45,150 nucleotides of DNA, taken from Candidatus Moraniibacteriota bacterium. GTDB taxonomy: Bacteria; Patescibacteriota; Minisyncoccia; Moranbacterales; GCA-2747515. Both the position numbers and the translations under genes were made by a program. The stretch is taken from contig CP065011.1 of the NCBI GenBank assembly GCA_016699795.1, forward strand, positions 1,141,449-1,186,598, read 5' to 3'. This document shows positions 9,534 through 18,500 of the stretch, piece after piece. The stretch's first letter is position 1; the number at the start of each line of letters is the position of its first letter. The notes beneath the pieces were generated by a model that did no database searches, had not been told where the DNA came from, and was given only the letters and a program-made list of their open reading frames with translations.

Positions 9534-9956
9534 GGGGCTGTTAGACTTGACGGAATGATCTTTGTCAAAGAAGCGAACCGATCTATCACGATTATATCGA
9601 TAAACTGATCGTGAAAACATACGTGCAACCGTATTCAACAAGGCTAAAGAAGCTATTGCGAAAGCATTTAATCCTTCTTTTGCCCCAGCTTTAGCCTAAA
9701 TTGCCAAAGCCATCGAAATTTGTGAGTGTCTCATAACAAATTTTCGGTGTCATATATATGAGACTGGTTTTTCTTTTTTCTCACAAAAGAAAAATAAGAT
9801 ATTGTGAGGCGATAGCTATATTTTTTCTGTCTTTCTCCAAGATATATCTACCGTAATCGAGATTCCGTATTGCACGGATTCTCGTTAAGAAAGACTGCGT
9901 TCGGAGAAACTTTGATATTTACGTTACCGGACATGGGATCAATCCCATCAGCTCCA
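9534..9956 (+). ncRNA. ssrA: tmRNA (SsrA)
   Basis: The 5' end GGGGCUGUUAGACUUGACGG resembles the conserved GGGGCUG...UUCGACGG start. The 3' end GGACAUGGGAUCAAUCCCAUCAGCUCCA is a tRNA-like T-arm plus acceptor strand. The acceptor helix GGGGCUG/CAGCUCC contains the G3:U wobble used as the alanine identity element. An internal reading frame ends ...AKAFNPSFAPALA-TAA (stop at 9697..9699), a typical hydrophobic Ala-rich tag end. CCA is not encoded, and the T-loop appears to be 6 nt rather than 7. Confidence 0.78.
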
Positions 9957-9996
9957 CATAATATATAAAATCCTTTCTCCAAAGGAAAAAAATACC

Positions 9997-10545
9997 ATGA
10001 GAAGACGATTTCGACGGCCAAAAAAATTTAAAGTCGAGGTTCCCCGATATCGCTCCAATGAGCAAATAAAGACATCGAGAGTTTTTGTTATTGACGAAAA
10101 TAACAATCAAATTGGAGAAATGGACATCAGAGACGCTCTTACTATGGCAAAAGAAAGAGAGTTTGATTTAGTTGAGGTTGCCCCTAAAGCCGTTCCTCCT
10201 GTATGTCGTATTTTGGATTTTGGAAAATTTCAATACCAACAAGCCAAAAAAGAACAACAGCAAAAAACGCATCAAAGAAAGACAGGAACGAAAGGTCTTC
10301 GTATAGGATTTCGAACAGACACTCATGATCTCGAATTCAAAAAGAAGCAAACAGAAAAATTTCTTGATAAAGGATATAAAGTTAAAATTGAAATTCGACT
10401 TCGAGGTCGAGAAAAGGCTCATCAAGATATGGCTCGTGATAACCTTAAAGAATTTATATCTACTCTTGACATCCCCCACAAAATAGAAGAAGATATCAAA
10501 AGGTTTCCTGGAGGATTCCATGTTGTTATTGCTTCCGAAGAATAA
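9997..10545 (+). CDS. infC: Translation initiation factor IF-3
   Basis: SNEQIKTSRVFVIDENNNQIGEMDIRDALTMAKEREFDLVEVAP... is followed by a C-domain. It sits in the conserved infC-rpmI-rplT order. Confidence 0.95.
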   Translation: MRRRFRRPKKFKVEVPRYRSNEQIKTSRVFVIDENNNQIGEMDIRDALTMAKEREFDLVEVAPKAVPPVCRILDFGKFQYQQAKKEQQQKTHQRKTGTKGLRIGFRTDTHDLEFKKKQTEKFLDKGYKVKIEIRLRGREKAHQDMARDNLKEFISTLDIPHKIEEDIKRFPGGFHVVIASEE

Positions 10546-10573
10546 AAGCTGATTCATCTGTAGAAAAATAATA

Positions 10574-10771
10574 TTGTCTATGAAACTCAAAACCCGTAAA
10601 TCCGTTTCGAAAAAATTCTCTGTAACCAAAACAGGAAAAGTAAAGCGTCAGTTTTCTAAGCAAAATCATGCCAATAGCAAAGAAACAGGTGCATTCGGAA
10701 GAAAGAAGAAAAGAGCTCAATTTCTCAAAGGAGCAGATCGAGCAAATGTTCTTCGAGCCCTCTCTAATTAA
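10574..10771 (+). CDS. rpmI: 50S ribosomal protein L35
   Basis: MKLKTRKSVSKKFSVTKTGKVKRQFSKQNH is the L35 pattern. The start could be 10574 or 10580. Confidence 0.9.
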   Translation: MSMKLKTRKSVSKKFSVTKTGKVKRQFSKQNHANSKETGAFGRKKKRAQFLKGADRANVLRALSN

Positions 10772-10808
10772 GAATCAGTTGCCTAATCGATAGCGAATTT
10801 GAAGTACT

Positions 10809-11156
10809 ATGAGCCGAGTAAAACGCGGAGTTGCCGCATCCAAAAGAAGAAAGAATGTTCTGAAACTTACGAAAGGTTTCAAATGGAGACGAAAGTCTCA
10901 TTACCGAGCAGCAAAAGAAGCTGTTCTTAAAGCAGGAAAATATGCTTATCGTGATCGTCGAGCCAAAAAGCGAACTATGCGACGACTTTGGATTACTCGA
11001 CTCAATATCGCTTTGAGAGAACTTGGAGTAAAGTACAGCCAATTTATTAATATGCAGAAAGAAAAGAAAAATGAACTTGATCGAAAAGTTCTTTCTCAGA
11101 TGGCTGTAGAAAATCCTGAAATGTTTAAAACACTTGTACAAGAAATTATCAAATAA
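10809..11156 (+). CDS. rplT: 50S ribosomal protein L20
   Basis: MSRVKRGVAASKRRKNVLKLTKGFKWRRKSHYRAAKEAV is the L20 pattern. Confidence 0.95.
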   Translation: MSRVKRGVAASKRRKNVLKLTKGFKWRRKSHYRAAKEAVLKAGKYAYRDRRAKKRTMRRLWITRLNIALRELGVKYSQFINMQKEKKNELDRKVLSQMAVENPEMFKTLVQEIIK

Positions 11157-11191
11157 AGTTTTTCTTTATTTGTATTATTCCTTGAGAATAA

Positions 11192-11225
11192 AAATACCAG
11201 CTCTCCGGCTGGTATTTTTATTTTC
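11192..11225 (+). terminator. Rho-independent terminator of the infC-rpmI-rplT operon
   Basis: A 10-bp stem AAATACCAGC/GCTGGTATTT with a 6-nt loop, followed by a T-rich run. Confidence 0.7.
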
Positions 11226-11495
11226 TCTAACAAGTTTCTAAACGTAGCTGAATATATTATATATGAAACTTCGAAATAATTTTTCCTCTCTAGCTTACAT
11301 AAAAAAAGAACTTAACCGTGTTTTGAATTTTAATTCCTATGGTGAAGATACATTCTATTTTTTCTTTTTGAAAAAATTTCAGTCTTGTTTTCCATTATTC
11401 TCATAACGCATAGACTGTTCGCATGCCCGAAAACACAGAACAACTCTTAAAAAATATTCTTTCTTGATAATTATTTCTTTATAAAAAATAGAATC

Positions 11496-11525
11496 AAAAA
11501 AAACTCCCGAAAATACATCGGGAGT
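11496..11525 (-). terminator. Rho-independent terminator (minus-strand orientation)
   Basis: An 8-bp stem ACTCCCGA/TCGGGAGT. On the minus strand it is followed by a run of eight T. It lies just downstream of the 43-codon ORF at 11559..11690. Confidence 0.55.
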
Positions 11526-11558
11526 TTTTGAAAAAAAGTAAGTCTGTTAATATTTTCT

Positions 11559-11690
11559 TTATTTTTTTTGACGTTCATTGTCCCACTCTTGTAATTTAGA
11601 GAGGACTTCTTTCCACAAGCGGTAAAAGGCTACAAAAGGAAGCCATAACCACAATGTTTTTCTCAGAAGTTTATCGATGAATTGATTCAT
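11559..11690 (-). CDS. Possible small protein (43 aa), below the ORF-track size cut-off
   Basis: ATG at 11690 and TAA at 11561..11559. It reads MNQFIDKLLRKTLWLWLPFVAFYRLWKEVLSKLQEWDNERQKK, with a hydrophobic core. It has its own downstream terminator. No homology was recognised. Confidence 0.3.
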   Translation of the reverse strand: MNQFIDKLLRKTLWLWLPFVAFYRLWKEVLSKLQEWDNERQKK

Positions 11691-11784
11691 AAACAAAAAT
11701 TCAAATGGCTATAGCTTTATAGTACCTTTCATAAAAAGTTCGGTCAAATTTTAAGGAAAAATGAAAGATTCTTTTTTTTTCTTT

Positions 11785-12990
11785 CTAACGAAAGTTCTCT
11801 ACAAAAGTCAAGGCATATCCTACGCGTCCAGCGCGTCCAGCACGTCCTATTCTATGAATATAATCAGAATAGCTTTGTGGTGTTGAATAATTGATAACGT
11901 GAGTTATATCAGCGACATCAATACCACGAGCTGCTACATCAGTAGCTACGAGAATTTTTATATAACCAGATCGGAACTTAGCAAGAACTCGCTGACGTTG
12001 TCCCTGTGTTTTATCTCCATGTGTAGCTTCTGCATAGAATCCTCGATCTTGAAGTTCTTTGCTCAAAGCATCAACGCCTCGCTTTGTTTCATCAAAGATT
12101 AATATTTTTTCGTCACGCTTCTCTATAAGAAGTTGGTGAAGTTTCTCAATTTTTTCTTGTCGAGAAACGTATTTTACAATATTTTGATGAATATTTTCAC
12201 TCGTTTTTCCTTTCGTTACAGAAATAGTTACTGGATTCTTTGAAAATTCATTAATAAGATTTCGAGCTTTATCATCCAAAGTTGCAGAAAAGAAAAATGA
12301 TTGTCTCTCTTTTGAACTTCGTGAAAGTATATCTCTCATATCTTCTACGAAACCCATATCGAGCATACGATCAACTTCATCAAGAACGATATGGTTGAAA
12401 AAATTCAATCGAAGTGTTTCTCTTTCAATATGATCTTTGATTCGTCCAGGAGTTCCCACAACCATTCGTGGTCGATGGGATAAATCTTTAAATTGTTGTC
12501 TCATAGGCGTTCCTCCTATAAGAAGAGCCCAAGGAATATTTCCTCCTTGAGAAAGGGTTCTCATTTCAAGAAAAATCTGTTCTGCCAATTCTCTTGTCGG
12601 AGCCATAATCAAAGCATGTGCTCGAGGGTCAGACAAAAGTCTGTGAATGATAGGAATAGCAAATGCCAAAGTCTTTCCTGTTCCTGTATTAGCAAGTCCA
12701 ATAACATCTCTTCCTTCCAAAGCTAGAGGAATAGTTTGGTCTTGTATCGGAGAAGGATTTTGAAACCCTTTCTTCTCGATATTTCTTTTAAGCAAAGAAT
12801 CTACAAAAAAATCACTAAAAGCGTTTTTTGGTTTATAGATATCTTCAGCCGAAATGATTGCTGGCTGAATAAATCTTGTTGGATGTATATTCTCTTTCTT
12901 TGGTCCTCTACTTCGAGTAGTCGGTCTTCTTCTATCAGAACCAAAAGCACTACGACCAAATTTTGGTCGATTATTTTTTTGAAAAGTCAT
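11785..12990 (-). CDS. DEAD-box ATP-dependent RNA helicase
   Basis: Q motif GFQNPSPIQ, motif I ANTGTGKTLAF, motif II DEVD, motif III SAT, motif VI HRIGRAGRAG. The N-terminal tail is basic. Confidence 0.9.
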   Translation of the reverse strand: MTFQKNNRPKFGRSAFGSDRRRPTTRSRGPKKENIHPTRFIQPAIISAEDIYKPKNAFSDFFVDSLLKRNIEKKGFQNPSPIQDQTIPLALEGRDVIGLANTGTGKTLAFAIPIIHRLLSDPRAHALIMAPTRELAEQIFLEMRTLSQGGNIPWALLIGGTPMRQQFKDLSHRPRMVVGTPGRIKDHIERETLRLNFFNHIVLDEVDRMLDMGFVEDMRDILSRSSKERQSFFFSATLDDKARNLINEFSKNPVTISVTKGKTSENIHQNIVKYVSRQEKIEKLHQLLIEKRDEKILIFDETKRGVDALSKELQDRGFYAEATHGDKTQGQRQRVLAKFRSGYIKILVATDVAARGIDVADITHVINYSTPQSYSDYIHRIGRAGRAGRVGYALTFVENFR

Positions 12991-13257
12991 AAATATGAAT
13001 ACTAAGAAAACAAATAATTATTTCGAGTGTTTCTGAAGATGAACATCGAAATAAGCTTGCCTTCTTCGGATTCATCACCAAGTTGAACAAAATTATCACA
13101 TTTTTTTTAAAAAGTCAAGGGAATCGAAAATAGTATTAAAAATAAACCTTATTTCATTATTTTATCCCCTGAAAATTCTTTCTTTTTGGTAAAAAACGTA
13201 AAAAAGTCTGGCTATTTTCCATCTTTACTTTCTATAAAAGCAATTTCAATTCCTTTC

Positions 13258-13455
13258 TTATTTTTTCTTCAAAGGACATGTCTGAATTCCCAAAAGTGAA
13301 TATAACCCGCAATAACCAAAGAAAACCGTCAATAAAAGCATTCCAGCAAATATATAGAACCAAGGGCTTACAGCGTAACCCAAATAAGCAAGGATAAGAG
13401 CGCCTATTCCGCGAACAATTTTATCAACATTTCCTATATTTTGTTTCATACCCAT
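13258..13455 (-). CDS. DUF2892 (YgaP-like) small membrane protein
   Basis: NIGNVDKIVRGIGALILAYLG...GYCGLYSLLGIQTCP matches the DUF2892 pattern (N-x-G-x-x-D-[RK], then C-x-x-Y-x-x-x-G-x-x-T-C). Confidence 0.7.
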   Translation of the reverse strand: MGMKQNIGNVDKIVRGIGALILAYLGYAVSPWFYIFAGMLLLTVFFGYCGLYSLLGIQTCPLKKK

Positions 13456-13566
13456 TTTTCTTATTATTTTTTAATACTCCATTTATTTCTCATACAAAAC
13501 ACTATCAACCAAAAAGAATTCTCAAAAGATTTCTTCACCCACATCACAAGTATACCACAAATTTCT

Positions 13567-14562
13567 TTATAAACTCGTCACACCCGTTTCTTTCATACTC
13601 ACTGGAAATTCTTTTATTTCTATAGATTTTTTTTCTTTATCAAACATCACATTAACGACAAGTCCTTTTTTTACAGAAGTGTCAAAATACTGATCAAAAA
13701 TAAAATTTCCTAAAGAATAATAAATAGTTTTTCCTTTATATACTTCTTTTTCTTGAATTACGTGAGGATGTGATCCTATTATCAAATCTGCACCCTCATC
13801 AATAAATGCATGCGCAAATTCTTTTTGTTTCTGATTGGAAATTGTTTTATACTCTTCTCCCCAATGAGTATAAACAATAACAAAATCAGATTGCTTTCTT
13901 TCTTCTCTTATGTGAAATAATGTTTCCTGCAAAGAAAAAGATGAAAACTGATTATAACTTACAAACGATAACATTACTCCTTGTATATTTTTTCGAAACG
14001 TGGTTTTTCCAGCAATTTCATCAAGAGCACCGAAATAATCCAAAGAGTTTTTTTCCAAATAATTTTGCGTCGAACGAATACCCTCATTACCAAAATTTCC
14101 TATATGATTGTTCCCCAAATGAGCAATTCGCATATTATATTTTAAAAGAAAAGAGACACTCATTGGATCAAAAGTGAAATAATAATTATCTCGAGAACCT
14201 ATGGCACTTTTTTCTGATCGAGAAGGATTCTCTGTTATAGGACCTTCCAGATTCATTACCACAGCATCACTTTTTTGAAGAATATTTTGACTATCTTGAA
14301 GAAGAAAATCATAGCCATTTTTCTTTGCAACCGTTCGGATATACCGATCTAACATCACATCTCCTACAAAAAGCACCGATGCTTTTTTAGAGAGTTCTTT
14401 TTCTTCTTGAAAAACTTGGTCTTTTATTTCTTCAGATAAAACTAATTTTTTTCCATCACTTTCCTTTTCGATAGGAAAAATGTTTTTTCCCAAAAGAAAT
14501 AAAAAGAATCCCAAAAAAGAAAGAATGAGAATAAATTTTAAATACTGTTTATTTTTCTTCAT
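13567..14562 (-). CDS. CapA-family metallophosphoesterase (poly-gamma-glutamate synthesis CapA-like), membrane-anchored
   Basis: Motifs FVGDVMLDR, MNLEGPIT, HLGNNH, YTHWGEEY, GADLIIGSHPHV and YSLGNFIFDQ, plus an N-terminal TM segment. Confidence 0.85.
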   Translation of the reverse strand: MKKNKQYLKFILILSFLGFFLFLLGKNIFPIEKESDGKKLVLSEEIKDQVFQEEKELSKKASVLFVGDVMLDRYIRTVAKKNGYDFLLQDSQNILQKSDAVVMNLEGPITENPSRSEKSAIGSRDNYYFTFDPMSVSFLLKYNMRIAHLGNNHIGNFGNEGIRSTQNYLEKNSLDYFGALDEIAGKTTFRKNIQGVMLSFVSYNQFSSFSLQETLFHIREERKQSDFVIVYTHWGEEYKTISNQKQKEFAHAFIDEGADLIIGSHPHVIQEKEVYKGKTIYYSLGNFIFDQYFDTSVKKGLVVNVMFDKEKKSIEIKEFPVSMKETGVTSL

Positions 14563-15529
14563 AAGGAAGTGTCGCTACTATACCAAAATAACTTGTTGTT
14601 TGTTCGAATGGCTTTCCTGTGAGCACACCCGAGTCTGTATCATACAAAACATGGAGTTTATTAAAGCCTGTTTTTTCCATCGTTCGAAGAAAAATTTCTA
14701 ACGTTTCAGGAGAATCCACATTTTTATCATCGAATGATCGAATACTCGTATAATCATATGATTGCATAGCTTTCAAAGTTTCTTTATTTCGAATTTTTGC
14801 TTCCTTATTTGAAAGATAATGCGAGAAATCAAGAGAAGCTATAAATAAATTCTTTCCTTTTTTGTCCGAAAAATTCGAAAGAATCTGACTCATAGTTTCC
14901 ACCATTTCATTCTCTGTATCCATTCTCACCAAAATAGGAACTACTCGAGCATTCGGGAAAAAAAACTTAACATGAGGAAGAATTCCAGAAATAGAATGCT
15001 CTCCTTCTAATACCTGAGGATTATTTTTTACAAAAGAATTTTGTAAAAGCGAATGGATTTTTTGTCCTTCACAACCAAAAGTACCCAAAGAAGTTTCCCA
15101 ATTATAAAGACTTGTAGTAAAAAACGTTTTTCCTTTTCGATAATGATCGGGACCTATTACAAAAACCGTTTCGATACTATCCGAGGAAATTGACTCTAGA
15201 GTTCCAGCAATAATACGACTAGCCAATAAATGATGAGGGATAATTACACCACCAACATTTTCATTTGCATATTTTTTTCCTGTTTTTTCGTTTTTGGTAC
15301 GAAAAAAGAGATCCTCATCAAAAAATCGATTTGTGTGTAGACCATTTTGACATACCATTTCTTCATTGTTCGAAAAACTTTCTTTTTCAGATGCAACAGA
15401 CAAAGAATTAGTGTTCTTGTAGAAGAAAATCCCCACCGTAACACCACATAATAACAAAGTAATGGTTATCCCAAACGCAATATTTTTATTCATTCGTATT
15501 ATTCTTTTTTTCATCCATTTTTTCTTCAT
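14549..15529 (-). CDS. MEMO1 / AmmeMemoRadiSam system protein B-like, membrane-anchored
   Basis: Motifs GGVIIPHHLLAS, VFVIGPDHY, EHSISGILPHVKFFFP..VVPILV and ASLDFSHYL follow the Memo-family metal-site pattern, with an N-terminal TM segment. Alternative starts at 15514 or 15493 would reduce the overlap with the upstream gene. Confidence 0.7.
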   Translation of the reverse strand: MKKKWMKKRIIRMNKNIAFGITITLLLCGVTVGIFFYKNTNSLSVASEKESFSNNEEMVCQNGLHTNRFFDEDLFFRTKNEKTGKKYANENVGGVIIPHHLLASRIIAGTLESISSDSIETVFVIGPDHYRKGKTFFTTSLYNWETSLGTFGCEGQKIHSLLQNSFVKNNPQVLEGEHSISGILPHVKFFFPNARVVPILVRMDTENEMVETMSQILSNFSDKKGKNLFIASLDFSHYLSNKEAKIRNKETLKAMQSYDYTSIRSFDDKNVDSPETLEIFLRTMEKTGFNKLHVLYDTDSGVLTGKPFEQTTSYFGIVATLPYEEK

Positions 15530-18500
15530 TTCCTACGTTATTTTCAGTGTTCGAGTTATCTTCTGTTATGTTATTATTCTCTTTTTCATTTTCGAATTCT
15601 TCTTTTTTTCCCTTATTTAAGGAAAGAATTATCGCTTTTATACCAAAACCAACAGAAATAGCTCCAATAAGAAACAATATCATTGAAACAATATTTTTAA
15701 AAATACTGGATAAGTTTTTTTGTTGTTTATCTTTTTCTTGATGAATAAAATATTCAGATTCTTTAGCCAAATCTAACTTCTCAACAGCAGTTCTTCCATA
15801 TACTTTGGGTTCATACATAAGCGATACAGTCGCTGGAGGTGCGAAAAACGTTCCAGCATGAGTCACTCGTGCCTTATAAGAATACCTTCTTATATCTGAG
15901 TCTGAGACTCCTTGGTCGGAAAAGATAACTCCATTTTTTGTATATTCTTTTTGTACTTGCCAATAAGAATCTTCCCAACCACTATAATTACCTTGAGACA
16001 TTTGCTCATTTTTCATCTTCGTATTCACCGGAACCATTCCCGAAGGAAGTTGATCCTCTAATACAATATATTGTGATTCTGGTCGAATACCCGTTACTTC
16101 AAAGACAATATCAATACTATCTCCTACTCCAAAAGAATATTTTTCTCCTTTCGTATTTTTATATGATCGAGTGATGGTTAATCCTTGCGATTCTTGTGAT
16201 TCTTCCATATTCGTTCGATATTCTCGAATCAAAAGAGTAGAAAAAATATTTCCCTGATCTGAAGTAATTCTTGCCTTGATATTTCCATTTTTGTCCGATT
16301 CAGAAAGAGGAAGTGCGATAGTGTCAAATTGATTCTTCGCATCAAAATATCCTCGTGCAACTTCTTTATCAGCAAGAAAAACTGAGTATGAAGAGGGTTT
16401 TTGATCTTGTCTTTCCAATCGAGCATATTCTGTAAGTCCTTGAATAACTTGTGCCGTAGCAAAAGTATTATGCCAATGTTGTTCCGTTCTATTTCTTGTA
16501 AGATACCTCACTATACCCACAATCATTTCACGGTCACCACCACCCATTACCAAAGCTCGAAGTCCCATTCCTGTAGAAGCAAATACTGAGCCAAAGTGAT
16601 CCTTATTTCCAGTAGGAAAATAAAAAGCATCGCCTTCCTTTTGAAGTCTTGCCTGTAAGATATCTATTCCATTTTCAGAAGTATCGGTATATCCATTTCG
16701 AATATTAGTCATAACAGCATAAGAAAGTATATCTGGCGTTGCCTGGGAAGGAAAAAAATTAATCTTTTCTTTTGTTGTATTTTTCTCAAAAAGTGATCTT
16801 CCGTAGAGAGCCAAAACAGTCTTATCATAATTATCTTCACTCATTTCCACACTCTGTTCTTGGAAAAATCTCCTAGCTATATCAAGGACAACTTCATCAA
16901 CAGGAAAACCACTCTTTTGAGCTCGAAGAAGATATTCTGTGACATAAACACTCACAAAAATATCTGACTCTCCATAATTACCCCACCAGTTCCAGCCTCC
17001 ATCTTCATTTTGCATATTTAAAAGACGTTTCACGCCTTCTTCCAACATTTTAGAAATATTTTTATCTTCCAAAATTTCCTTATAAAAATCAGAGTTTTCT
17101 TTGGCAATAACAGTAGGAACAAATCGACTCGTTGTTTGTTCCACACAACCATAAGGATAATCGACTAAATATTTCATAGCTGAAGGAAGAGAACCTACCA
17201 ATGTAGAAGAAATATTTAATTCAAACAAAGATTTTTCAAGATAGCTATCGTTATGAAGACTAAAAGTATATTCTTTCTCCCCTTCTCCTCCAAAAGCCTG
17301 CTGATCCCAAAATCCCTGTTTTATAATAGGAAGGGAAAGCGTAACAACATCCCGAACAGACTCATCATTGATATCTTGTAGAGAAAAAGATATTTCATGT
17401 TTTTCTTTCTCCTTCTTTGGTTGTATTTTCCAAAAAACTCTCTGTGATTTTTCAGATTCTAAAGTAATTTTCTTTTCACTTTCTTCCACATCCCCCCCAT
17501 CGGAAAAATCTAAATTAACACGAAATGTTCTCTCTTTATCGCTAAAATTTTGAATAAGAGCAGTGAGATACAAGGAATCCCCTTTATAAAGAATTCTTGG
17601 AAGTTGTGGCCGGATAATAACATTTTTAGATACAATAATTTCATTTGTGGCATTTCCAACTTTTGCGTCTTTCGTTGCAGAAACAGCAGAAAGCACCCAC
17701 GTAGTGAGATTATCAGGAACGACAAAAGAAACAGTAGCTTTTCCATTTTTATCTGTTTGAATAGAAGGGTTCCAATAAGCCACATCTTCAAAAACTGTTC
17801 GTGCATCTCCTCCATCCTTACCATTATGAACCCAGAATCCATTCGCAAAATATGAATAATAAGTATCGATTTCTAGATTAAAAACATCCATCGAATCTCG
17901 TTTCCAATCGAGAGTTTCCACAACGACATTTTTTCCTTCTTTATCAACCAAAACATCTCCTTTTCGTATTTCATCTGCACGTTTCCATATGCCATTAGCA
18001 AAGAGAATGTGATTTGTAGTCACACGAAGATTCTCATTAAACGTTATATACCCAGAAACTTTTTGATGATGCGTTTTTTCTACCTGTGCCGAGATGAGCG
18101 TTGCATCTGTCGAACTTTTTCTTGTTTGTATCCATTCACCCATTTGAACATCTTTTATCGATTTTTCTGAACCATCCGCCATAAGAATTTGTGTATCTCC
18201 AGAAAAACATCCCCCCATTTCGGCAGTGTTAATTCCAATACCTTCAAGAGAATGTGCGTCTTCAGTACCATTCCACCTAAGTCCCCAAAATGTTGAAGAG
18301 ATATCTAAAGTATTTGCATCAGAAAGTTCAAATATTGCCTTATCAACAGCCCAAAGTGTAACTTCTGCTTCTTGAGGAATTCCTTTTTTATTTTTTACAT
18401 CCAAAGATACTGTAACTGTTTCCCCGGGTTCATAATGATTCTTATCCGGAGTAATACTTATATCAAGCAATTCAGAATCCGTAGAGACTTTAATTTCTTT

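Noticed and set aside
9107-9641. Track ORFs 9107..9322 (-) and 9441..9641 (-)
   Set aside because: The first is antisense to a better plus-strand ORF that has an RBS and a terminator. The second overlaps the tmRNA promoter and the tmRNA 5' region.
17823-18209. Calling the A2M insert a canonical (splicing, mobile) intein
   Set aside because: The +1 residue is Gly and no Cys, Ser or Thr lies nearby. There is no homing-endonuclease domain. The host site is a poorly conserved linker, the bait region, rather than a conserved active site, which is where inteins usually sit. I report it as a Hint/BIL-like domain instead. Note that a single-base error in codon 917 could change this assessment.
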